From Candidatus Binatia bacterium (lineage in GTDB: Bacteria > Desulfobacterota > Binatia > HRBIN30 > BPIQ01): 64,000 nt of DNA. Positions within the stretch are counted from its first letter, which is position 1, and each line of letters starts with the position of its first letter. The notes under the pieces were generated by a model. The model was not told the origin of the DNA. It was given only the letters and a program-made list of their open reading frames with translations, and searched no databases. The translations under genes and the position numbers were made by a program. This document shows, in pieces, positions 27,717 through 37,867 of this stretch. The stretch spans positions 461,871-525,870 of the forward strand of contig BPIQ01000001.1 in assembly GCA_026004195.1 (NCBI GenBank), in the 5' to 3' direction.

Positions 27717-29026
27717 GGGAAGATCGGAGCCCGCCCGATCGAGTAGTAGACGAACCCGAACTCCCGCATCTCCGCGGGGTCGTAGACGTTCCGACCGTCG
27801 AAGATCACGGGCTGCCGCATGAGGCGCCTCATCCGCTCGAAGTCCGGGCGCCGGTACTGGTTCCACTCCGTGACCAGCAGCAGCGCGTCGGCTCCCTCCA
27901 GAGCTTCGTAATTCACGCGATGGTAGACCACGCGGTCCCCGAAGATCTTGCGAGCCTCGCGCATGGCCTCGGGGTCGTGCACGTGGAGCTCCGCGCCCGC
28001 CTCGAGGAGCCTACCGACGATCGTGATCGACGGGGCTTGCCTCATGTCGTCGGTCCTCGGCTTGAAGGCGAGTCCCCACACCGCGAGTCGCTTTCCCTCG
28101 ACGTTTCCCCCGAAATGCGACAGCACCTTTTCCGCCAGGATCCCCTTCTGGCGCTCGTTGACCTCCTCGACGGCCTCGAGAAGCCGGAACGGCAACCCGT
28201 GCTGGTTGGCCGTTCGGATCAGAGCACGGACGTCCTTGGGAAAACACGACCCGCCGTAGCCCACGCCCGGGAACAGGAAATGGTGGCCGATCCTCCTGTC
28301 GAAACCCACCCCGCGGCGCACGTCGTCCACCTCCGCGCCCGTCCTTTCGCAAAGGTTGGCGATCTCGTTGATCAGCGAGATCCGCGCGGCCAGAAGCGCG
28401 TTCGCGGCGTACTTCGTCATTTCGGCGCTTTCCGGACTCATCACCAGAATCGGATGCTCGGTCCGCACGAACGGCGCGTAGAGCTCCCGGAGGAGTTCGA
28501 TGGCACGCGGCCCGCGACAGCCGATGATCACGCGGTCGGGCTTCATGAAGTCCTCGATCGCCGCCCCTTCCTTGAGAAACTCCGGATTCGAAGCCACGTC
28601 GAACTCGTGCCGTGTGCGGCTCGCGACCAGCTCGCGGATTTTTTCCGACGTCCCTACCGGCACGGTGCTTTTCGTCACGATCACGCGATAGCCGTCCATC
28701 GCCTCGGCGATTTGCGCCGCGGCTCCGAAAATCCCGCTCAGGTCGGCCCCGCCGTCCTCGGCCTCCGGCGTACCCACGGCGAGGAAACACAGCAGCGACC
28801 GCCGTACGGCATCGCGCAGGTCCGTCGTGAAATCGAGTCTCCCGGCCTCCAGGTTCCGGCGGACGAGCTCTTCGAGCCCGGGCTCGTAGATCGGAACGGT
28901 GCCCCGGCGAAGTTGTCCGACCTTTTCGGCGTCGATGTCCACGCACACCACGTCGTTCCCGCTCTCGGCGAAGCACGTCCCGGCCACGAGCCCGACGTAT
29001 CCGGTCCCGACCACGCAGAGTTTCAA
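27713..29026 (-). CDS. ugd: UDP-glucose 6-dehydrogenase
   Basis: [16 protein letters not shown]…, …GGSCFPKD… catalytic Cys; 437 aa. Confidence 0.9.
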   Translation of the reverse strand: MKLCVVGTGYVGLVAGTCFAESGNDVVCVDIDAEKVGQLRRGTVPIYEPGLEELVRRNLEAGRLDFTTDLRDAVRRSLLCFLAVGTPEAEDGGADLSGIFGAAAQIAEAMDGYRVIVTKSTVPVGTSEKIRELVASRTRHEFDVASNPEFLKEGAAIEDFMKPDRVIIGCRGPRAIELLRELYAPFVRTEHPILVMSPESAEMTKYAANALLAARISLINEIANLCERTGAEVDDVRRGVGFDRRIGHHFLFPGVGYGGSCFPKDVRALIRTANQHGLPFRLLEAVEEVNERQKGILAEKVLSHFGGNVEGKRLAVWGLAFKPRTDDMRQAPSITIVGRLLEAGAELHVHDPEAMREARKIFGDRVVYHRVNYEALEGADALLLVTEWNQYRRPDFERMRRLMRQPVIFDGRNVYDPAEMREFGFVYYSIGRAPIFP

Positions 29027-29084
29027 CGCTTCCTCCTTTCCGTTTCCCCGAAGGCTCTCGGCGCTTCGCCACGCGCCGCCCCGT

Positions 29085-29991
29085 TCAGGGCGGCACGTCC
29101 GTCAGGCTCACGAACTGCCTGTAGCGGCGATCGAGCTCTTCTCGGGTCAGCGTGCGCAGCCTCCCGAGCCCGAAATCCTCCACCGCGAAGGAGGCCAGCA
29201 CGGTTCCGTAGACGATCGCCCGGCGCACCGCTTGCTCGTCCTCGTGGCCCCACCGAGCGAGGGCCCCCATGAATCCTCCCGCGAAGGTATCGCCCGCCCC
29301 GGTCGGGTCGAACACCTCCTCGAGCGGAAACGCGGGGACGGCGAAGACCGAGTCGGGGGAAAAGCGCAGAACCCCGTACTCCCCCCGTTTGACGAGCACG
29401 CTCCGCGCTCCCTTCTCCAGGATGCGTCTGGCGGCCCGCACGATGTTGCGTTCTCCCGAGAGCAGTCGCGCCTCCTCGTCGTTGATGACGAGAAAGTCGA
29501 CCGCGGGCAGCAACGACTCGAGCTCCCGCCGCGAATTCTCGATCCAGTGGTTCATCGTGTCGCAGCCTACCATCCTGGGCCCGCGGAATTGTTCCAGCAC
29601 GCTGCGCTGCAGGACAGGGTCGATGTTCGCGAGAAAACAGTACGGAGCCTCGCGATACGAGGGCGGCAGCCGCGGGTCGAAGTCCGCGAACACGTTCAAC
29701 TCGAGCGACAGGGTGTCCCGGAAATTCATGTCTTCGTGGTAGCGCCCCCTCCACCGGCCCGTACGCCCCGGGCGTACTCTCCACCCCGGTCAGGTCGACG
29801 CCCCTCGCCTCCAGCGAGGCGAGCTCGCTCCGGGGAAAATCTTCCCCGACCGCCGCGACCATCTTCACCGGGGCGAAAAAACTCGCGGCGAACGAAAAAT
29901 AGGTGGCCGCCCCTCCCAGCGTTTCCTCGACGAAGCCGTGCGGCGTTTCGATCGTGTCGTAAAAAACCGATCCTACCACGACGATGCTCAC
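29085..29991 (-). CDS. PfkB-family carbohydrate/nucleoside kinase (frameshifted in a G4 run at ~29784-29787)
   Basis: N-terminal part from GTG 29991 (VSIVVVGSVFYDTIETPHG…LEARGVDLTG, inside tracked ORF 29023..31806). C-terminal part is tracked ORF 29085..29729 with …DPTGAGDTFAGGFMGALA. The frames join if one G is removed from ACCGGGGTGG (…TGWRVRPGRTGRWRGRYHEDMNFRDTL…). Start overlaps the mtnP stop (GTGA). Confidence 0.6.
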
Positions 29992-30854
29992 CGGCGGCGC
30001 CTCCCGTGTCCTTCGAGCAGGGGAGCCAGCTCCTCGCGGACGCGCGGGGGAACGGCTTCCGGGGCCGTGACGACGGCGTTCTCGAGAGCCCGCGAGCACG
30101 GGCAGGTCCGTTCGGCCGGCAAGAGTTCGGCGGTTCGGGCGACCACCCGCCGGGCCAGCGAGACGTTCTCGCCCAGAATCCGCAACACGTCCTCGATCTC
30201 CACGTCGCCGGACGCAGGATTCCAGCAGTCGTAGTCGGTCACCAGCGAAAGGCTCGCGAAGCACATCTCGGCCTCTCTCGCGAGTTTCGCCTCCTGCACC
30301 GCCGTCATCCCGATCACCGTCCCCCCCCAACTCCGATGCAACATCGACTCGGCACGGGTGGAAAACTGCGGCCCCTCCATGCACACGTAGACCCCGCCGT
30401 CGTGGACCGTGGCACCACAATCTTCGGCCGCCCGGCGAACGCAGCGGCGAAACTCCGAACACACGGGATCCGCGAACGCGACGTGAGCCACGATCCCGCG
30501 GCCGAAAAACGTGCTCGGCCTTCCCCGGGTGCGGTCGAGGAACTGGTCCGGGAGCACCAGGTGTCCCGGGGCCACGTCCTCCCTCAGGCTTCCGACCGCA
30601 CCGACGCTCAGGAGCCACTCGGCACCGAGGACTTTCAGGGCGAACACGTTGGCCCGGTAGTTGACCTCTCCCGGAAGGTAGCGGTGTCCCACTCCGTGAC
30701 GCGGTAGGAAGAGAACCCGCACTTCCCCGATGCGGCCGCAGACCACCTCGTCGGACGGCTCGCCGAACGGCGTACGCACCTTCCGCCGCTCGACGTCCGT
30801 GAAGCCCCCCATCTCGTAGAGGCCGCTCCCTCCGATGACCGCCAGTGTCCGCAA
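29988..30854 (-). CDS. mtnP: S-methyl-5'-thioadenosine phosphorylase
   Basis: MRTLAVIGGSGLY…, …VGMTAVQEAKLAREAEMCFASLSLVTDYD…. Confidence 0.85.
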   Translation of the reverse strand: MRTLAVIGGSGLYEMGGFTDVERRKVRTPFGEPSDEVVCGRIGEVRVLFLPRHGVGHRYLPGEVNYRANVFALKVLGAEWLLSVGAVGSLREDVAPGHLVLPDQFLDRTRGRPSTFFGRGIVAHVAFADPVCSEFRRCVRRAAEDCGATVHDGGVYVCMEGPQFSTRAESMLHRSWGGTVIGMTAVQEAKLAREAEMCFASLSLVTDYDCWNPASGDVEIEDVLRILGENVSLARRVVARTAELLPAERTCPCSRALENAVVTAPEAVPPRVREELAPLLEGHGRRRR

Positions 30855-30866
30855 CGCCCTCGCTCC

Positions 30867-31958
30867 TCAGGCCGCGGCCGGGAGGCTTCCCGCCAGCTGC
30901 CCGCACGCCGCGCCGATGTCGCGCCCCCGGCTCGCCCGGACGGTCGCGTGGATCCCACGACGAAGGAGGACCTCCTGGAATCGTCGGGTCGCTTCCGAGG
31001 ACGGCGGCTCCCCCGGGGCTCCCGGGAAGGAATTGAACGGGATCAGGTTCACCTTGCACCGGATCGGGCGAAGGAGCTCGGCGAGCCGTTCCGCGTCCGC
31101 CTCCGAGTCGTTGACACCGCGCAGCAGTACGCACTCGAACGTGATCCTGCGGCGAGTCGGGATGGGAAGCGCCCGGCAGGTTCGAAGAAGCACCTCCACC
31201 GGGTAGCGGCGGTTCGCCGGAATCCACTCGCCTCGCGTCGCGTCGTCCGCCGTGAAGAGCGAAACCGCGACCTGGACCCGGGTTTCCCGCACGAGCCGTT
31301 CGAGCCCCGGCACGAGCCCGACCGTCGAAACGGTGATACGACGGGAGGCCAGGCGGGGACCCCAGGGGGCCGTCAGGATTCGGATGGCGCCCAGAACGGC
31401 GTCCAGATTGTGGAGGGGCTCGCCCATTCCCATGAACACCACGTTCGTGATGCGCTCTTCCGGCCCGAGGATGTCCCGCGCGGCGAGGTACTGCGCGACG
31501 ATTTCTTCCGCGGCGAGCTGGCGCCTGAGCCCGAGCCGCGCCGTCGCACAGAACTTGCAACCCATCGCACAACCGACCTGGCTCGAGACGCAGAGCGTGA
31601 GCCGCTTTCGGTCGGGAATGAGAACGGCCTCGAACCGGTCGCCGCCGCTCGACCGGAACACGAGCTTGCGGGTCCCGTCCACCGAGCGAAAGACCCGTTC
31701 CGGCTCCAACCGGACGAGATCGAAGCGCGCGGCGAGTGCCTCCCGGAGTTCCCGTCCCACGTCCGTCAGAGCCGAGAACGACCGGGCCCCCTTGCCGAAA
31801 ATCCACCGCAGGATCTGCTCGGCTCGATAGGCAGGCTCGCCCCTCTCGGCCAGAAACGCGCGCAACCCTTCCGGCGTGAGAGGCTCGCGCGCCTCAGCGA
31901 CCGAGCTCGTATTGGCTGAAAAAGAAGGCAATTTCCCAGCGCGCCGTGTCGGGACCAT
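30867..31958 (-). CDS. rlmN: 23S rRNA/tRNA (adenine-C2)-methyltransferase, radical SAM
   Basis: …PAYRAEQILRWIF…, radical-SAM CVSSQVGCAMGCKFCATA, …GMGEPLHN… The tracked start at 31958 overlaps the ndk 3' end by 65 nt; no in-frame alternative ATG/GTG downstream. Confidence 0.82.
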   Translation of the reverse strand: MVPTRRAGKLPSFSANTSSVAEAREPLTPEGLRAFLAERGEPAYRAEQILRWIFGKGARSFSALTDVGRELREALAARFDLVRLEPERVFRSVDGTRKLVFRSSGGDRFEAVLIPDRKRLTLCVSSQVGCAMGCKFCATARLGLRRQLAAEEIVAQYLAARDILGPEERITNVVFMGMGEPLHNLDAVLGAIRILTAPWGPRLASRRITVSTVGLVPGLERLVRETRVQVAVSLFTADDATRGEWIPANRRYPVEVLLRTCRALPIPTRRRITFECVLLRGVNDSEADAERLAELLRPIRCKVNLIPFNSFPGAPGEPPSSEATRRFQEVLLRRGIHATVRASRGRDIGAACGQLAGSLPAAA

Positions 31959-32313
31959 CGGAACCGTGTACCGCGTTTCTCTCGATGTCGGTGCCGAAAT
32001 CGCCCCGGACCGTACCCGGCGCGGCCTTCGCCGGGTCCGTGGGGCCCATGACTTCTCTCCACTTCTCGATCGCGTTCTCGCCTTCGAGGACGAAAACGAG
32101 AACGGGGCCCTCCGACATGAAGCCCACGAGGCTCCGGTAGAAGGGCTTGTCCTTGTGGACGACGTAGAATCGGGCCGCGTCCGAGGGCGTCAGGCGCAGG
32201 AATTTGAGACCCACGATCCTGAGGCCGGCCTGCTCCGCACGGCGCAGGACCTCGCCCACGAGATTCCGCGCCACGGCATCCGGCTTCACGATACCGAGCG
32301 TACGTTCCACCAT
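31894..32313 (-). CDS. ndk: Nucleoside diphosphate kinase
   Basis: MVERTLGIVKPDAV…, …NAVHGSDGPDTA… (active-site His); 139 aa. Confidence 0.92.
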   Translation of the reverse strand: MVERTLGIVKPDAVARNLVGEVLRRAEQAGLRIVGLKFLRLTPSDAARFYVVHKDKPFYRSLVGFMSEGPVLVFVLEGENAIEKWREVMGPTDPAKAAPGTVRGDFGTDIERNAVHGSDGPDTARWEIAFFFSQYELGR

Positions 32314-32319
32314 ACGTTC

Positions 32320-33195
32320 TCAAGCTCGTCCGAGGACCCTCGCCATCGTGAGCCCGAGCTCCGCCGGGCTGCGGGCTACCGTGACTCCGGCCGCTTCGAA
32401 CGCGGCGATCTTTTCCGCTGCCGTACCCCGCCCCCCGGCGATGATCGCGCCCGCGTGGCCCATCCGCTTGCCCTTCGGTGCCGTCTGGCCCGCGACGAAA
32501 GCCACCACGGGCTTCGACACCCGCTCCCGGATGAACGCCGCCGCCTCCTCTTCGGCCGTGCCTCCGATTTCCCCGATGAGTACGATGGCCTCGGTCTCGG
32601 GATCCTGCTCGAAGAGTTCGAGGACGTCGACGAATCCGGTCCCCACGATGGGGTCGCCCCCGATCCCGACGCACGTCGACTGGCCCAAGCCGAGCTTCGT
32701 GAGCTGGTAGACGGCCTCGTAGGTGAGCGTTCCGCTCCGGGAGACGACGCCGATCCGCCCGGGCGTGTGGATATACCCGGGCATGATCCCGATCTTGCAT
32801 TGACCCGGAGTGATGACCCCCGGACAGTTGGGCCCCACGAGTCTCGTCGGTTTCCCCTCGAGAAAGCGCCGTACCCGCACCATGTCGAGCACCGGGATCC
32901 CCTCCGTGATGCAAACGACGAGCTCGATTCCGGCGTCGGCCGCCTCGAGAATGGCGTCCGCAGCGAACGGCGGCGGCACGTAGATGACCGAGGCATTGGC
33001 GCCCGTCGCCCGCACGGCCTCTTCGACCGTGTCGAAGACGGGAATTCCCTCGAAGTCCGTCCCCCCTTTGCCCGGCGTGACACCGGCCACCATGAGCGTA
33101 CCGTATTCCCGGCAGGCTCTCGTGTGGAATTGGCCGGTCGCCCCGGTGATGCCCTGCGTGAGGACGCGCGTATTTCGGTCCACGAGGATGCTCAT
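32320..33195 (-). CDS. sucD: Succinyl-CoA synthetase alpha subunit
   Basis: Starts [21 protein letters not shown]…; …GVTPGKGG…, …SRSGTLTYE…, …[10 protein letters not shown]… The first 11 codons of the tracked ORF are rejected. Confidence 0.9.
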   Translation of the reverse strand: MSILVDRNTRVLTQGITGATGQFHTRACREYGTLMVAGVTPGKGGTDFEGIPVFDTVEEAVRATGANASVIYVPPPFAADAILEAADAGIELVVCITEGIPVLDMVRVRRFLEGKPTRLVGPNCPGVITPGQCKIGIMPGYIHTPGRIGVVSRSGTLTYEAVYQLTKLGLGQSTCVGIGGDPIVGTGFVDVLELFEQDPETEAIVLIGEIGGTAEEEAAAFIRERVSKPVVAFVAGQTAPKGKRMGHAGAIIAGGRGTAAEKIAAFEAAGVTVARSPAELGLTMARVLGRA

Positions 33196-33246
33196 CGCAC
33201 TCCCTTCGTCCCTCCGCCCTCCGGCCACCTCCGTCCCTCGCGGACG

Positions 33247-34221
33247 CTAGCCCCTTGTCTTTCCCAAGTCAATTTCGTCCTGCCCGACCCCCCACGTCCG
33301 CCGGAAATATTCGTACGTGCGACGCAGGCCCTCCTCGAAGCCGACTTTGGGTCGGTACCCGAGACGCTCGCGCGCCTTCTCGATCGACGCCTCGGTGTGC
33401 CGCACGTCGCCGGGCCGGGGGGCCGTGTGACGGCGAGCGATGGGCCGGCCGGAGAAGCGCTCGAACACGTCCAGGATTTCGAGAAGCGTGTGCCGCTCCC
33501 CGCACGCTACGTTGAACACCTCCCCGGCCACCCCCGGCGCTGCGAGAGCCAGCAGATTCGCCTCCACCACGTTGTCGATGTAGGTGAAGTCCCTCGACTG
33601 CAGTCCGTCTCCGTGCACCTCGGCGGGTTCGCCCCGAAAACAAGCCTGGAGAAAGAGGGGAATCACGGCGGCGTATTTCGATTCCGGGCTCTGGCGCGGC
33701 CCGAAAACGTTGAAATAGCGCAGCGACACCGTTTCGAGCCCGTAAAGGTGCGAGAAGACACGACAGTAGTACTCGCCGGTGAGCTTCGAGACCGCATACG
33801 GTGAAATCGGGGAGGGAAGCTGGTCTTCCCGTTTCGGGAGTTCCGGGCGATCCCCGTAGACGGAAGAAGACGAGGCGTAAACGAGCCGCCGCACGGTTCC
33901 CGAATCGCGCGAGGCGACGAGCAGGTGCAGCGTCCCGCGTACGTTCACGTCGTCCGTGCTCAGCGGGTCGTCCACGGATCGCAGGACGGAGCGGAGCGCC
34001 GCCTGGTGGAGAACGAACTCGACCCCCTCGACGGCCCGGCGCACGGCCGCGAGCTCCCGCAGGTCCCCCTCGACGACCTCGATTTTCCCTTCCCACGGCC
34101 GGAGGAACTCCCTTCGTCCCGTGCTGAAATTGTCGAAAACGCGCACTCTCTCGCCCCGTTCGACGAGAGCTTCGACCAGATGGCTTCCGATGAAGCCCGC
34201 TCCACCCGTCACCAAGTACAT
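33247..34221 (-). CDS. NAD-dependent epimerase/dehydratase (UDP-hexose 4-epimerase-like)
   Basis: [19 protein letters not shown]…, …YAVSKLTGE… (YxxxK). Confidence 0.85.
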   Translation of the reverse strand: MYLVTGGAGFIGSHLVEALVERGERVRVFDNFSTGRREFLRPWEGKIEVVEGDLRELAAVRRAVEGVEFVLHQAALRSVLRSVDDPLSTDDVNVRGTLHLLVASRDSGTVRRLVYASSSSVYGDRPELPKREDQLPSPISPYAVSKLTGEYYCRVFSHLYGLETVSLRYFNVFGPRQSPESKYAAVIPLFLQACFRGEPAEVHGDGLQSRDFTYIDNVVEANLLALAAPGVAGEVFNVACGERHTLLEILDVFERFSGRPIARRHTAPRPGDVRHTEASIEKARERLGYRPKVGFEEGLRRTYEYFRRTWGVGQDEIDLGKTRG

Positions 34222-35327
34222 CCCTCACCTCCGAAAGAAGTCGACCTTCGGTCCCGCACGGCCCCTCCCGGCACGTCCGTCGCGAGGCGTGGAGGGACCG
34301 GCTCTTCACCGAGCCAGAGACCGGCGAAGCGGACCGCACCCACCAGGAATCCGACGCCCCAGGCGGTGTGCATGACCGCGAGAGCGAGCGGCAACCACCG
34401 GAAGGACCCGACGGCTCCCGCCCGTCGCCGAATCGAAGCCGTCATTCCGCCGAGAGCCGCGAGATAGGCCGCCCAGCCCCCGAGCCCGAGCCAGCCGAGC
34501 GGAGGCACGCCCCAGGAGAGGGCGGGCGACGCCAGAGCGAGAACCAGCGCGGGAGGAACGAAGTGTCGCCAGCTCATCTGCCGCGGGTGCTTCTGGCACA
34601 CCCGGACCTTCCAGAATCCGTACTCGTAGAACTGGCGTGCCAGAGAGCGGAGGTCCCGGCGATTCTGGTAGGAGGAGCGCATCGTCGGTACCAGAAAGAT
34701 CCGACCGCCGGCCTTCCGCAGGCGGTAGTTGAATTCGTCGTCCTGGTTCCGAACGAGCTCCTCGTCGAAAAGTCCGACCTCCTCGAAAACCCGGCGTGGC
34801 CACATTCCCAGGTAGACGGTATCGACCTCGCGTTCCTCCGTGCCGTAGTGAAAGTAGGCTCCCGCCCCGAAGGGCGAGTTCAACGCGGCTGCAATCGCGT
34901 CGCCGACCGGCCCGCCTCCACGGGCCACCATGGGCCCTCCCACGTTGGCCGCACCGGTTCGGCGAAGAGCGAGAACCCCCTGCCGCAGGTAGTCGGGAGC
35001 GAACGTGGTGTGGGCGTCGATTCGTGCCACCACGTCCCCCCGGGCCTCGCGGATCGCGAGGTTCAACCCGGTGGGTACGATTCGTTTCGGGTTCTCGAGA
35101 AGCCGGACCCGGGCGTCTCGCCGGGACCACTCGTCCACGATGGCACGGGTCCGGTCTTCGGAAGCACCGTCCACCACCAGGACTTCCATCCTGTCGGGCG
35201 GGTAATCCTGCGCGAGAATCGACTCGAGACAGGAACCGATGTACGCTTCCTCGTTCCGGCAAGGCAGGACGACGCTCACGAAGGGCCAGCTCGCGCCCCG
35301 GGGTGTCTCGGTCGGTCGCGCGGTCAT
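34209..35327 (-). CDS. Family-2 glycosyltransferase with C-terminal membrane helices
   Basis: ATG 35327 (MTARPTE…SVVLPCRNEE…) overlaps the upstream GT4 stop (ATGA). GT-A DxD region (…VVDGASED…) and two or three C-terminal TM helices. Confidence 0.8.
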   Translation of the reverse strand: MTARPTETPRGASWPFVSVVLPCRNEEAYIGSCLESILAQDYPPDRMEVLVVDGASEDRTRAIVDEWSRRDARVRLLENPKRIVPTGLNLAIREARGDVVARIDAHTTFAPDYLRQGVLALRRTGAANVGGPMVARGGGPVGDAIAAALNSPFGAGAYFHYGTEEREVDTVYLGMWPRRVFEEVGLFDEELVRNQDDEFNYRLRKAGGRIFLVPTMRSSYQNRRDLRSLARQFYEYGFWKVRVCQKHPRQMSWRHFVPPALVLALASPALSWGVPPLGWLGLGGWAAYLAALGGMTASIRRRAGAVGSFRWLPLALAVMHTAWGVGFLVGAVRFAGLWLGEEPVPPRLATDVPGGAVRDRRSTSFGGEGCTW

Positions 35328-36382
35328 CTCCCCAGGCTCTCGTAGAGAGCTCGCATGCTCTCGAGCATCCGTTCTTTCGAAAAGCGCGCGGCCCGCTCCC
35401 GCGCCCGCGAAGAGAACGCCCGCCAGCACGCGGCGTCCGAAAGCAGTGCCGAGCTGTAGTCGACGAACCCGGAAACGTCGCCGGGAGCCACGAGAAACCC
35501 TTCCCGACCCGAGCGGAAAAGCTCTCGGGTTCCTCCCACGTCCGTCGCGATCGGAGGCACTCCGCTGGCCATGGCTTCGAGGACCACGTTCGGAAGCCCT
35601 TCCCACTCCGAGGTCAGCCAGAAGAGCGACGCCCTGGCAAGAACACCGGGCACGTCTTTCGTGATTCCCGGGAGCGACACCCGACGGCCGAGGCCCAGCT
35701 CCCCGACTTTCTTCTCGAGGGACCGCCGGAGAGGGCCTTCTCCGAAGAACACGAAGGACGCGTCGGGCGCTCGCCCCGAAAGGCGCGCTGCCGCGTCGAC
35801 GAAAAGATCGGGGTTTTTCTGCCGGACGAGTCTTCCCATACCCACGACGAGACCCTCACGCCCGTCTCCCGCCCGCGCGCCGAACTCCCCGAGGTCCACA
35901 CCGTTGTACACGACCACCACGCGCTCCCGCGGGGCACCATAAGCCCGGCTGACGTAGTCGGCAACCAGTCGCGAATTCGCCACGATCGCGCGGCTCCGGC
36001 GGAAGGCGAGACGGTTGAGCACGTCCACGGCTCCCCCCTGGCGCTTGCAGTTGCGCGCCGAGGTGACGAGCGGGATCTCCTTGCGACCCGCGACGGCGAG
36101 AAAGGCGTAAGCGTTGCCGAGATAGAGCCAGGAGTGGACGACGCGAACACCGTCTCCGACAAGGGCGGCCCGCAATCTTGCCACGCGCTCCGGGGGAGAA
36201 CCGCCGAACGCTCTCAGGGGAACCCCCGCAGCGCGGATTTCGTCCCCGAAAGGGTCGGTCTTCTCGCTCGTGGAATACACGATGGGCTCCCACCCCCAGC
36301 TCCTGAGAGCGCGCGCGACCAGCGAGAGCTGCCTTTCGGCCCCTCCGGCCGTGAGCTGACCGATGACGAGGCCGATCCTCAT
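35324..36382 (-). CDS. GT4-family glycosyltransferase
   Basis: MRIGLVIGQLTAGGAERQL… Rossmann N-domain; C-terminal …EGLPNVVLEAMASGVPPIATDVGGTREL… ATG 36382 overlaps the upstream stop (ATGA). The first ~450 codons of tracked ORF 35324..37723 are shadow. Confidence 0.85.
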   Translation of the reverse strand: MRIGLVIGQLTAGGAERQLSLVARALRSWGWEPIVYSTSEKTDPFGDEIRAAGVPLRAFGGSPPERVARLRAALVGDGVRVVHSWLYLGNAYAFLAVAGRKEIPLVTSARNCKRQGGAVDVLNRLAFRRSRAIVANSRLVADYVSRAYGAPRERVVVVYNGVDLGEFGARAGDGREGLVVGMGRLVRQKNPDLFVDAAARLSGRAPDASFVFFGEGPLRRSLEKKVGELGLGRRVSLPGITKDVPGVLARASLFWLTSEWEGLPNVVLEAMASGVPPIATDVGGTRELFRSGREGFLVAPGDVSGFVDYSSALLSDAACWRAFSSRARERAARFSKERMLESMRALYESLGR

Positions 36383-37794
36383 GGGTGAAGGGAGGGAGGC
36401 TCTCGGTCTCCCGCTTCCGAGCCGCCGAGTGGATTTTCCTCGAGACCGAATTCGCTCAAGATCAGACGGTGGATCGCTTCCAGCGCCCAGCCCTCGATTT
36501 CCCGGCCACCGAGAGTCGACGTACACGGCCGGTAGACCCACGAGCCGAACCAGTCGTGGTTCGCGCCGTCCGGTCCGCGGTCGTTTTCCCGGATCCGGAA
36601 AGTTCCGTGTCCTACGCTTCCGATCACGCGCCACCCGAGATCCCCGAAGTACGCGAGAAGATCGGGCGCAGGACCGCGCACGGTGCGGTAGAGCTCCTCC
36701 GGTGTATGGACGGAAGTTTCGAGGCGCCCACCTTCGGCGGTCTCCAATTCCCGTAGCGCCGCGGCAACCTCGCTCCGCACCCTTTCGTACTCGGTCCGAG
36801 CCACGTACCCGCACGGTTCCCGGCCCCGAACGTTGAGGTAGACGCGGCCGCAGTAACCACCGTCGGCCCACGCCACCGTCCGGCGCCAGTCGACGAGTTC
36901 CGGGCGAAATTCCGTCGCTCCCCTCGGGGTTTCCCGCAGCCGGAGAAGACCCCGAGCCGCGAGCCAATCGTTGAGGCACACCCCGCCCTCCATTCGACGT
37001 GCCCCGTGGTCGGAAAGGACCAACACGCTCGTGTCCGGTCCGACCACCTCCAGGAGCTTCGCCATCTCTTCGTCCAGAAAGCGGTAGTAGTCGCGGAGAA
37101 CCCACCGGAACGACCCCTCCGGATCGAACCGATCCGAACCGGGGTCGCAAAACGCCCAGAAGGCATGCTGCAAGCGATCGACCGCGATCTCGACGAACAC
37201 GCAGAGGTCCCAGCGCCGGGTCGCGCAGAGGTACCGCACCAGGTCGAAATCCTTTCTCGTCTTCTCGTAGACCTCGCGCAGGATCCTGGGATATTCGGCC
37301 GAACGGAATCCCTCGACGTCGAAGCGGTAACTCCCGAATCGACCCGAAACTTCTTCCGCCAGAGAAGCCGGGAACGTCCACCGTGGCCCCCCCGGCGGCG
37401 TGAGAAAGCAACTGACGACCTCGCCCCGAATCTCCGGTGCCGGGTAGGTCTGGGGGACCCCTACGAGAAGGCTCCGGAATCCCCGGCGACCGAGTCGGTC
37501 CCAGACGCGCGGAAACGGAACGCTGCGCGAGGAAGCCAGATCGTAAGTACCGTACGAGTACGACGTACGCGTCCGGAAGCCGTAGCATCCGAGCTCCCCG
37601 GGGTCCCGTCCCGTGAAAACGCAACTCCACGCCGGAACCGTGATGGGCGGGTGGCAGCTCTCGAGACGCCCCCAGACGCCCTGGGCAGCGAGCGAGGAGA
37701 AGGTCGGAAGCTCCTCTCGCCACTCTCGGAAAAGCTTCTCCGGAGAGAGGGCGTCGAGCCCCACGACCAGAAGCTTGTGTCGTTCTCTTCGCAT
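36379..37794 (-). CDS. Alkaline-phosphatase-superfamily protein (type I phosphodiesterase / nucleotide pyrophosphatase-like)
   Basis: …LLVVGLDALSPEKL…, …VLVLSDHG…; paralogous to 61798..63444. Confidence 0.68.
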   Translation of the reverse strand: MRRERHKLLVVGLDALSPEKLFREWREELPTFSSLAAQGVWGRLESCHPPITVPAWSCVFTGRDPGELGCYGFRTRTSYSYGTYDLASSRSVPFPRVWDRLGRRGFRSLLVGVPQTYPAPEIRGEVVSCFLTPPGGPRWTFPASLAEEVSGRFGSYRFDVEGFRSAEYPRILREVYEKTRKDFDLVRYLCATRRWDLCVFVEIAVDRLQHAFWAFCDPGSDRFDPEGSFRWVLRDYYRFLDEEMAKLLEVVGPDTSVLVLSDHGARRMEGGVCLNDWLAARGLLRLRETPRGATEFRPELVDWRRTVAWADGGYCGRVYLNVRGREPCGYVARTEYERVRSEVAAALRELETAEGGRLETSVHTPEELYRTVRGPAPDLLAYFGDLGWRVIGSVGHGTFRIRENDRGPDGANHDWFGSWVYRPCTSTLGGREIEGWALEAIHRLILSEFGLEENPLGGSEAGDREPPSLHP

Positions 37795-37867
37795 GCTCCC
37801 GCCCGTCCGGCCCCGCCGGTCGGCCGGACGCTCGACCTCCCGCTCGCCCGAACCTTCCGCCTACGAC

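Noticed and set aside
31894-31958. 65-nt overlap between the rlmN start and the ndk 3' end as evidence that the rlmN start is mis-called
   Set aside because: No alternative in-frame ATG/GTG exists downstream before the conserved PAYRAEQ block, and N-terminal length matches RlmN homologs. The overlap is kept but flagged.
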